From: Bacteroidales bacterium
GTDB taxonomy: Bacteria; Bacteroidota; Bacteroidia; Bacteroidales; WCHB1-69
Direction of reading: 5' to 3'
Assembly: GCA_024400835.1 (NCBI GenBank)
Contig: JAKSMC010000011.1
Span: forward strand, 572-64,571
Length of the DNA stretch: 64,000 bases
The translations under genes and the position numbers were made by a program. How positions within the stretch are numbered: position 1 is the first letter of the stretch; each line of letters begins with the position of its first letter. Below the pieces are notes generated by a model. The model saw nothing but the letters and a program-made list of their open reading frames with translations. It had not been told where the DNA came from and did no database searches. Positions 47,293 through 54,255 of the stretch are shown here, piece by piece.

Positions 47293-48181
47293 AACTTTTG
47301 ATGTTAAAAGGTAAATACGGAACTCCATTTTGCAGCAAGGAAGAGGAACCTCCTCCCAAGAAATGCCCTTCTGAGGATGTCTGAAGCGAATAGTATGTCC
47401 GATATGGTAGTCCTAGCTCTTTTCTTATAAGGTTCTCTCTATAACAAGCAACCCATTCGCTTTTTTTAAGACCACCGTTCCATGTTGATTGATCCGTCCA
47501 TCCCCGTTCATCATCAAAAGCATGCGATAGCTCATGAGCTAAATCAATTGTCCCATTTGCTTCGCCAAAGGGTGATCCGGCAACTGGTAATCTTGTTCCA
47601 AATCTATTCCAAGTGATGGTGTTAGGTTCTTTTCTTTCGTAGCCACTTGCTCCTGCTCTGATCGTATATTGGGTTTCGGAATCTTGCAGATTGGTAATCA
47701 TTCGTTTTCCTTCTGTTGTTTTATTTATTTTATTCAACGATTTTCGAGCTCTCTCTACAAAACGATTCCGTTGACGATCACTAAGTGGATTCCCGTTCAC
47801 TAATGTTAAAGAGCCGTTTGGTTCGTATCTATATACGGAATTTTTCCACTCAATCAAGATCTCTTCCCCGTTAGGATCCACCAACTTCACCGGGTTGTTC
47901 GCGCAGTAAACATACGGACTCAGCGAAGGGTATTTGTCACTCATCGGGTCCACACTCAGCCAGATGCTCAGGTCGCTGCTGTAGTACCTTGCGCCAAAGT
48001 AGCTTAGCCCGGTTTCCACGTCGCGCTCTTTAGCCGAAAAGGCGAAATTCTCTGCAAAGTGAAGAGCGAAGAGGGAATAGTGAATAGTGGCTGGTGATGG
48101 CATGGCGTTAGGGGTTATGTTTTGGGGTGTGGTCTGCGGAGGCACATGATAGGAAAATTTCACATTATCATCTTCTCTCAA
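47282..48181 (-). CDS. Orphan RHS-core-tail + HExxH zinc-metallopeptidase toxin module (m2)
   Basis: Core FSAKERDVETGLSYFGARYYSSDLSIWLSVDPMSDKYPSLSPYVYCANNPVKLVDPNG. Tail with DLAHELSHAFD (47521-47545). An in-frame ATG exists at 48103; the ORF-track start at 48181 is TTG. Confidence 0.65.
   Translation of the reverse strand: MREDDNVKFSYHVPPQTTPQNITPNAMPSPATIHYSLFALHFAENFAFSAKERDVETGLSYFGARYYSSDLSIWLSVDPMSDKYPSLSPYVYCANNPVKLVDPNGEEILIEWKNSVYRYEPNGSLTLVNGNPLSDRQRNRFVERARKSLNKINKTTEGKRMITNLQDSETQYTIRAGASGYERKEPNTITWNRFGTRLPVAGSPFGEANGTIDLAHELSHAFDDERGWTDQSTWNGGLKKSEWVACYRENLIRKELGLPYRTYYSLQTSSEGHFLGGGSSSLLQNGVPYLPFNIKSYEF
48120..48181 (-). repeat. Cassette leader repeat L4, a variant that resembles L8
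   Basis: The minus strand reads aaAATTGAGAGAagatgataatGTGAAaTTTTCCTATCatgtGCCTCCGCA. Compare L8: AATTGAGAGAg...GTGAAtTTTTCCTATCTTCGCCTCCGCA. Confidence 0.6.
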
Positions 48182-48696
48182 TTTTGGACATCATATATTG
48201 ATTTGATTCTTTTTAATGCTTTACGACGGTTACCCATAGATTTATCATATTGAATCATTTTTACTACACCATTTCCACTCCAATCCACGTAGTAGTTCGT
48301 TTTTGATTTGTTAAATGTAGTGATATTGATTAGAACATCACCACTTAATAGAACATATTTCCAAAGGCTGATGTCAAAATAATATGTGGTTTTATAGAGG
48401 TTCCGTTGAGAATCTCTTTTAGAATCAGAATGGAATACGGTGTATCCAAGGCATATGTGTATAACTGCTGTGTCTGGTAATTCTATTAATGTGTTCATAC
48501 AGAAGTTTTCTATTCTAAAAGCACCTCTCAAATATGTGAACTCCAGAGTGTCTATGCCCGACACTGTTGCGGTCACGCTCAATTGTCGCGGTAGTGTTCC
48601 GTCAATCGCTATTATTGCTGGAATCACAGTTTGAGCACCAAGTATATTACAGAATAGCAATATTGGGAATATTAGCATCTTCCTTATAATTTTCAT
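48178..48696 (-). CDS. Putative secreted immunity protein of cassette m1
   Basis: 20 nt after the toxin stop. Signal peptide MKIIRKMLIFPILLFCNILGAQ. Confidence 0.55.
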   Translation of the reverse strand: MKIIRKMLIFPILLFCNILGAQTVIPAIIAIDGTLPRQLSVTATVSGIDTLEFTYLRGAFRIENFCMNTLIELPDTAVIHICLGYTVFHSDSKRDSQRNLYKTTYYFDISLWKYVLLSGDVLINITTFNKSKTNYYVDWSGNGVVKMIQYDKSMGNRRKALKRIKSIYDVQN

Positions 48697-48715
48697 TTCT
48701 CGCTATATGATAGGT

Positions 48716-49552
48716 TTACTTAATTATTCGACTAATATTTCTTAATTCATCAATTTTAATAGAACCTTTAATATTAGATTTTGAATCATAAAAAACAGCA
48801 TATGGAGTTCGTTCAATTGTGCCATCTTTTCCTACAATAACATTGATGAAATAATTTTTAAAAAGTGCTTCGTCGTATATTGATTGTTTATCAGGAACCT
48901 GATAACATTTTCTTCCTTCATCATCAGGACATTCAAACATATCTAATCTATGAGAATGAATACTGATATAGCCTTTTGAATCAATATCAATTGTTCCATC
49001 TTCGAAACCTGTAGGGTATCTTTTAAACAACAATGGGCGTCCTTTTTCTGAAAAAGTTGAAGCTTCTTCTCTACTGCCACCATTTAAAACAGTTCTATCA
49101 TAAACATTTACGATTTCACCCAATTGAAACTTATTTGTACTCCAATCTACCGTTACATCCGATAAGTTTGTTTGTTTTCCGTTGTTTCTCTCCAGTTTCT
49201 TTATACTTTCTTCATCAGAAACGAAATATACATTCCAATCATCATTTCCATCATCGCCTAACAATTTGCCATCCCAATCGTGAAATTCTCCAATTTCCAT
49301 CCCCTCAGGATCCACCAACTTCACCGGGTTATCCGCGCAATACGTGTACGGGCTCAAACTCGGATATTTGTCACTCATCGGATCGACACTCATCCAAATA
49401 CTCAAATCCGAGGAGTAATATCTTGCCCCAAAATATGATAGCCCTGTTTCCGCATCGCGCTCTTTTGCCGAAAAGGCGAAAGTTAGGGTATAGGGATTAG
49501 GGTATAGGGGATAGGAATCAGAGGGGCAATATGTTGGTTTGGTCGTTGTCAA
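48716..49552 (-). CDS. Orphan RHS-core-tail + C-terminal toxin of unassigned family (m1)
   Basis: (TTG)TTTKPTYCP... FSAKERDAETGLSYFGARYYSSDLSIWMSVDPMSDKYPSLSPYTYCADNPVKLVDPEG, then a ~195-aa tail. No in-frame ATG before the core. Confidence 0.55.
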   Translation of the reverse strand: MTTTKPTYCPSDSYPLYPNPYTLTFAFSAKERDAETGLSYFGARYYSSDLSIWMSVDPMSDKYPSLSPYTYCADNPVKLVDPEGMEIGEFHDWDGKLLGDDGNDDWNVYFVSDEESIKKLERNNGKQTNLSDVTVDWSTNKFQLGEIVNVYDRTVLNGGSREEASTFSEKGRPLLFKRYPTGFEDGTIDIDSKGYISIHSHRLDMFECPDDEGRKCYQVPDKQSIYDEALFKNYFINVIVGKDGTIERTPYAVFYDSKSNIKGSIKIDELRNISRIIK

Positions 49553-49690
49553 TTGGATTTTGGAACTTGGGGTTTGGAATTTCTTTACTGTTTATTCTCA
49601 ATTCGGAAAAGCGGGTGCGAAGATAGGATTTTTTTGGATAGCGGTGCTGTCGGAATTTTTGGGACCATTATAGTATAAATAGGATGAAAA
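49541..49690 (-). repeat. Cassette leader repeat L5 (long subtype), first unit of the minus array
   Basis: The minus strand reads aatggtcccaaaaattccgacagcaccgctatccaaaaaaatCCTATCTTCGCACCCGCTTTTCCGAATTGAGAATAAACAGTAAAGAAATTCCAAACCCCAAGTTCCAAAATCCAATTGACAACGACcAAACC. Confidence 0.8.
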
Positions 49691-49838
49691 AGCATCAAAA
49701 ACGGTCATTAGCTGCGGTCGTGTTCCATTTCCGGCACGCCAAACACCTTTCAAGCGGTTGATTTTATGTGGTTTGCAAAATAAAACAAAAAAATGCTGGC
49801 GCAGTAATGGCGCGACAGCAGAGATAAAAATAATTGTC

Positions 49839-49846
49839 TATCTTTG
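49839..49846 (+). promoter_or_regulatory. Consensus -7 box inside leader-like sequence L6, ahead of cassette p1
   Basis: tcTATCTTTGccccgc, 20 nt upstream of the ATG at 49866. It is related to the CCTATCTTCGCACCCGC leader block. Confidence 0.55.
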
Positions 49847-49865
49847 CCCCGCAAAACAAACAGGT

Positions 49866-50708
49866 ATGAATCAAGGTTTTACGCTCACATCTTCCACAAC
49901 ATTTTTCTCTTTTGCAGAGATTTACGCCTTCTCGGCCAAGGAGCGCGACGTGGAGACCGGGCTAAGCTACTTTGGCGCAAGGTATTATAGTAGTGATTTG
50001 AGCATCTGGCTGAGCGTGGACCCAATGAGTGACAAGTATCCGAGTATGAGTCCGTATGTGTATTGCGCGGACAACCCGGTGAAGTTGGTGGATCCTAACG
50101 GGGAAGACTATGAAGTTGTAGTGGATTACAAGACAATGACAATAACAATTCACGCAAATTTCTATACGTTGAAAAATGAGAAATGTTTTTTAGAAGAGGG
50201 ACTTAAACATTGGACTAATGAAGATGGGCACTTTGTTTATACGATTGGAAACGGAGAAAACACCCAAACTTACGACATAAAATTTGAATTTGACATTATT
50301 TCATGTAGTACCATAACCGAGATGTATGGTAAAGCAGAAGCAGACAAATGTGGGAATTCTTTTCTTATTAAAGATGGTGTTTACAATAACGGAACGGTTC
50401 CCATAAGAGGCGGATATGACTCAGGCAAAATTGAGATCAACAGCGATATGACTCTTTACTGCATAGACGACATGCTTCACGCCTCTGCTCACGAGCCTGG
50501 CCATTCGATGGGCATAGGAGAATTTGGGAAAGGATTAATGGAGTCAGGAGGATGGTGCTATGACATTTATGAAACACAAATTGCTTCTTCATTAAAATAT
50601 GCAGGATTCAATTGTATAAATGACAATATGACTTTCCCTGATAGACCATGCAATGTTTCCGTTAAAGGTAAGATGCCACAAGGAGAAGGTGTGGTGAAGA
50701 AAAAATAA
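49866..50708 (+). CDS. Orphan RHS-core-tail + HExxH zinc-metallopeptidase toxin module (p1)
   Basis: MNQGFTLTSSTTFFSFAEIYAFSAKERDVETGLSYFGARYYSSDLSIWLSVDPMSDKYPSMSPYVYCADNPVKLVDPNG. Tail with SAHEPGHSMG (50481-50513). Canonical ATG start. Confidence 0.7.
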   Translation: MNQGFTLTSSTTFFSFAEIYAFSAKERDVETGLSYFGARYYSSDLSIWLSVDPMSDKYPSMSPYVYCADNPVKLVDPNGEDYEVVVDYKTMTITIHANFYTLKNEKCFLEEGLKHWTNEDGHFVYTIGNGENTQTYDIKFEFDIISCSTITEMYGKAEADKCGNSFLIKDGVYNNGTVPIRGGYDSGKIEINSDMTLYCIDDMLHASAHEPGHSMGIGEFGKGLMESGGWCYDIYETQIASSLKYAGFNCINDNMTFPDRPCNVSVKGKMPQGEGVVKKK

Positions 50709-50750
50709 GATCGAAGATTGTTTTTTTGAGTTTTTAAATATCCATATTCT

Positions 50751-51386
50751 ATGAAACGATTTCTTTTGACTTTTTTATTGTTGTTTTCAACATCGTTCCT
50801 AATACAGGGACAGTCGTTAGCTCCCAACGACGGTGAAAGAATTTTTGTTTATGGAATCCGATATTTCACGGATCCCATTTTCGTAGGCCCATATCGTTGT
50901 CCCAGAAGATGTGTTATGGAAAAACAATATTTGGCGGACCAAGAAACAGACAAAGACTGTGATTACTATTTGAATTTGTGGGCATATCAGCCTGAGCAGT
51001 ATGGTATATTGGAAAATGGTCCTTTCATAAAAAATGTTTTGTTGCCTCAAATTTCAGATTCAACAATAATTAAAATCCTTTGGGAACAATTTGATTCGAC
51101 TGGCAAATTGAAATACGAAATCAACGACTTTCTTTTAAAACCCGATAAACCGTATAAAAATCTTTATTATTGTGATGTGTCCTGCCATCGTTTTTTGGCA
51201 ATTTTAGTTCCTGAAGAAGTCTTAATTAAGAATAGTCGATGGCAGGAAGATTCATCTCCTCAAAAAGAACGATTAAAACATTGGGGACTATATCTAAAAT
51301 GCCTTATTCCATTGCCTTATGGAGAGATAATTGATACTGAGTCTAGTACACAAAAAAACACCACTCCAACTAATAAATACAACTAA
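50751..51386 (+). CDS. Putative secreted immunity protein of cassette p1
   Basis: 43 nt after the toxin stop. Signal peptide MKRFLLTFLLLFSTSFLIQGQ. Confidence 0.55.
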   Translation: MKRFLLTFLLLFSTSFLIQGQSLAPNDGERIFVYGIRYFTDPIFVGPYRCPRRCVMEKQYLADQETDKDCDYYLNLWAYQPEQYGILENGPFIKNVLLPQISDSTIIKILWEQFDSTGKLKYEINDFLLKPDKPYKNLYYCDVSCHRFLAILVPEEVLIKNSRWQEDSSPQKERLKHWGLYLKCLIPLPYGEIIDTESSTQKNTTPTNKYN

Positions 51387-51404
51387 ACTCTTTCTTTAAT
51401 ACTC

Positions 51405-51482
51405 ACCCACAACCTTACCTATCACCCTAATAAAGAAATTCCAAAATCCAAATTGACAACGACTAAACCAACATATTGCCCC
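51405..51482 (+). repeat. Cassette leader repeat L7, degenerate on its 5' side
   Basis: ccttaCCTATCaCCCtaaTAAAGAAATTCCAAAATCCAAATTGACAACGACTAAACCAACATATTGCCCC. Confidence 0.7.
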
Positions 51483-52304
51483 GCCGCCACCTATTCCTTA
51501 AATTTCGCCTTTTCGGCAAAGGAGCGCGACGCGGAAACCGGGTTATCGTATTTTGGTTCAAGATATTATTCTTCTGAACTGAGTGTATGGTTGAGCGTGG
51601 ACCCGATGAGTGGGAAATATCCGTCAACTTCACCTTACGCATATTGCAGAAATAACCCAATAATCCTTTACGATCCTAATGGAATGTGTGACGATTGGAT
51701 CGAAAATCTGGAAACCGGAGGGATTGAGTGGAGACAAGATGTGCACAACGCTGAACAAACCCCAGATGGATATAAATATATTGGTCCAACCTATGAGTTG
51801 CCTAATGGGGCAGGATCTTTAATAAATGTCAAATATGATACTGGAGGGAACAGACAATTACCACCGAATCAACAAGAGTCCGCATCACCTGAGATTAACA
51901 TAGAGTTTGCCCCTAATTCGTCTGAAAATTATCAATGGTTACAAACGTACTCCACCAATTTTTTTTGTCATACTGGTAATGCAACAAATTTTGATTTAGT
52001 CGAAGACACATATACGGAACATGTTGATTGTGGCACACAAAGTACAAATCCTATTGAAGCATGTTATTTTAACCCGAATAATCCGCTTGTGCTATCAGAT
52101 ATTCCATTACGATACGCAGGAGTTGACAAAACAGTAGGAATGCATTTCACATCATCCGTAGTGAACCCTGAGACTCACACATCGATTGTTTCTATATCTT
52201 GGGGATTTTCCATTAATCCTTCAGGTTATGTTACTTTTGATAATTTACAAATAACAACAATTCCAAGCGAATTTCATAACAAAGCAATACAGAATGCCCA
52301 ATAA
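51453..52304 (+). CDS. Orphan RHS-core-tail + C-terminal toxin of unknown family (p2)
   Basis: (TTG)TTTKPTYCPAATYSLNFAFSAKERDAETGLSYFGSRYYSSELSVWLSVDPMSGKYPS...LYDPNG, then DDWIENLETGGIEW and a ~200-aa tail. No in-frame ATG before the core. Confidence 0.55.
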   Translation: MTTTKPTYCPAATYSLNFAFSAKERDAETGLSYFGSRYYSSELSVWLSVDPMSGKYPSTSPYAYCRNNPIILYDPNGMCDDWIENLETGGIEWRQDVHNAEQTPDGYKYIGPTYELPNGAGSLINVKYDTGGNRQLPPNQQESASPEINIEFAPNSSENYQWLQTYSTNFFCHTGNATNFDLVEDTYTEHVDCGTQSTNPIEACYFNPNNPLVLSDIPLRYAGVDKTVGMHFTSSVVNPETHTSIVSISWGFSINPSGYVTFDNLQITTIPSEFHNKAIQNAQ

Positions 52305-52806
52305 TACGTATAGATTTATTTTCTTGATTATTTGTAGTATATTTATTGTCAACACAACATATGCACAAAATAGGACAATCTATTTCGGCTATCCATATCA
52401 TATTTCTGAATTTGCCGATTCTTCTAAATTAATAATAGACAAACTACCATGGCACCCCAATGGCAGACTAGATGTGAACATGTCTATGATATATTTCAAT
52501 CAGTTAAAAGATTTTTTAGAAGACAAACGAGAGTATAAATGTACTATTCATGTATATTCGTGGATAGGACAAGATATCGAACGAAACTACCGTTTCTCGT
52601 GTTTTCAAGCAAGCGCCATAAAGGAGTTTTTTTTAGAGTGGGATTCTCTATTTTTCAATCAATACGTACTGAATATTATTCCACATGGCAGTGGTTTCTC
52701 GTTGTTTTCAAATATATGCCAATCAAAGAATCTAACAATCTCAGACTGTCTTGCAATGAAAGAATGCGTTATCATTGAACTTATCAAGTCTGAATATAGT
52801 TATTGA
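52294..52806 (+). CDS. Putative secreted immunity protein of cassette p2
   Basis: Overlaps the toxin stop by 11 nt. Signal peptide MPNNTYRFIFLIICSIFIVNTTYAQ. Confidence 0.55.
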   Translation: MPNNTYRFIFLIICSIFIVNTTYAQNRTIYFGYPYHISEFADSSKLIIDKLPWHPNGRLDVNMSMIYFNQLKDFLEDKREYKCTIHVYSWIGQDIERNYRFSCFQASAIKEFFLEWDSLFFNQYVLNIIPHGSGFSLFSNICQSKNLTISDCLAMKECVIIELIKSEYSY

Positions 52807-52860
52807 TTCCTCTATATGTAATGTGCCAAACAATTGAGAGAGAAAAAAACATTTGTGTGA

Positions 52861-52953
52861 ATTTTTCCTATCTTCGCCTCCGCATCACAAACGAAATCCA
52901 AAGTTCAAAATTCAAAATCCAAATTGACAACGACTAAACCAACATATTACCCA
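52861..52953 (+). repeat. Cassette leader repeat L8
   Basis: atttttCCTATCTTCGCCTCCGCAtcacaaacgaAATCCAAAGTTCAAAATTCAAAATCCAAATTGACAACGACTAAACCAACATATTaCCC. Confidence 0.75.
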
Positions 52954-53784
52954 AACACTGTCCGTTCACTGTTCACAGCTCACAGTTCACTGGCCGCCCG
53001 TTTCGCCTTTTCGGCTAAAGAGCGCGACACGGAGACAGGGCTAAGCTACTTTGGCGCAAGGTACTACAGCAGCGACCTGAGCATCTGGCTGGCTGTTGAC
53101 CCGATGAGTGGGAAATATCCGTCTTTGAGTCCGTATGTGTATTGCGCGGATAACCCGGTGAAGTTGGTGGATCCTAACGGGGAAGATTGGTTCGAGAATG
53201 AGTTAACTGGTGATGTCTATTATTGCAAAGATTACAGGAAAGGTGATGAAAAAGAGTTGAGCGGTAAAGGATGGAAATGGCTTGGCGAGAACAATATGTT
53301 TGGAAAGTCGGCAGATAATGTGATTGCCGCCAATATAAACAAAGCGGATGTATATACAGAAGATAATTCCTATGGCAGAGTTGGGTTTAGTGGCGCAAAT
53401 GCTAAGGAATTCATGTCAAAGATGGGGTATAAAAATGTTCCGACTCAAGTAATAGAATATGAGAAATCAAACATGCAAAGGACATGGACACCTGCAGGAA
53501 CACTATCTGTTGACATTGGCGGTTCATTTCAAATTATTGAAAAGGTTGGATATGTGAATAAGGATTTCAATGAGGTAAGTCGTAAACAAGTTGGCAGTAG
53601 TGTTCATTCAACAAGAAATGAATGCATTGAATCAGTTTCCAGACAAAGAATAGAATATGGAAAATCTTATTCCAAAATTGGTGATTTCTTAAATACTGTA
53701 TTTGGTGGTAATGTTAGTATGAAGAAAGCTGGGCCATGCACTCCTAATTGGAGATTAATTAACGAGTTTAAAAAAAGGAAGTAA
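52924..53784 (+). CDS. Orphan RHS-core-tail + C-terminal toxin of unknown family (p3)
   Basis: (TTG)TTTKPTYYP...FAFSAKERDTETGLSYFGARYYSSDLSIWLAVDPMSGKYPSLSPYVYCADNPVKLVDPNG, then EDWFENELTGDVYY and a ~200-aa tail. No in-frame ATG before the core. Confidence 0.55.
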   Translation: MTTTKPTYYPNTVRSLFTAHSSLAARFAFSAKERDTETGLSYFGARYYSSDLSIWLAVDPMSGKYPSLSPYVYCADNPVKLVDPNGEDWFENELTGDVYYCKDYRKGDEKELSGKGWKWLGENNMFGKSADNVIAANINKADVYTEDNSYGRVGFSGANAKEFMSKMGYKNVPTQVIEYEKSNMQRTWTPAGTLSVDIGGSFQIIEKVGYVNKDFNEVSRKQVGSSVHSTRNECIESVSRQRIEYGKSYSKIGDFLNTVFGGNVSMKKAGPCTPNWRLINEFKKRK

Positions 53785-53787
53785 AAA

Positions 53788-54024
53788 ATGGCAAAAGAAT
53801 ATAAAGGTGGGCATTATGTGTTTTTTGAATATATCGGTCTTTATATTCGATATTTTCTTTGTAAACTATTTAGACATGATAAAACATTGTCAGAATTATC
53901 AGGAGAGAAAGATTATCCGAATATAGATAAACGAGAGCGAATCATTTGCCTTCTTGTCGGAATATTCGCAATAGCCTTTCTGCTTTTGCTTGTTGTTGGA
54001 ATTGGCCATTACTATTCATATTAA
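53788..54024 (+). CDS. Putative small membrane immunity protein of cassette p3
   Basis: Starts 4 nt after the toxin stop. 78 aa with a C-terminal TM helix IICLLVGIFAIAFLLLLVVGIG. Confidence 0.45.
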   Translation: MAKEYKGGHYVFFEYIGLYIRYFLCKLFRHDKTLSELSGEKDYPNIDKRERIICLLVGIFAIAFLLLLVVGIGHYYSY

Positions 54025-54045
54025 TTAGTAATTCTTTTGAACTTC

Positions 54046-54188
54046 AATATTTTTCCTATCTTCGCACCCGCTTTTTCGAATTGAGAATTGAATAATTGAC
54101 AATTGAGAATAACAGCCCGTAAAGAAAATTCCAAACCCCAAGTTCCAAAATCCAATTGACAACGACTAAACCAACATATTGCCCCCAA
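54046..54188 (+). repeat. Cassette leader repeat L9, a cassette-less terminal copy abutting the MBOAT gene
   Basis: atttttCCTATCTTCGCACCCGCTTTTTCGAATTGAGAATTGAATAATTGACAATTGAGAATAACAGCCCGTAAAGAAAATTCCAAACCCCAAGTTCCAAAATCCAATTGACAACGACTAAACCAACATATTGCCCCC. No RHS core follows. Confidence 0.8.
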
Positions 54189-54255
54189 AGCTCTTCACTC
54201 TTAGCTCTTAACTCTTCGTTCGAGAGTTTTTTACCTATAGGAACAAGGAACGCGA

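Noticed and set aside
48716-49290. m1 toxin tail as a second JAB/JAMM domain (REEAS...SIHSH...SIYD)
   Set aside because: The HxH-to-SxxD spacing is ~20 residues rather than the ~7-10 of JAMM motifs. That is too weak to call without a profile search.
49758-49865. TTG-initiated 36-codon extension of toxin module p1
   Set aside because: It reads through the TATCTTTG promoter box. The ATG at 49866, 20 nt downstream of the box, is the plausible start.
42862-54188. Leader repeats as a CRISPR array
   Set aside because: The repeat spacing is 0.9-3 kb and irregular. The intervals contain protein-coding cassettes. The copies occur in both orientations and are 80-150 nt long. No cas genes are present.
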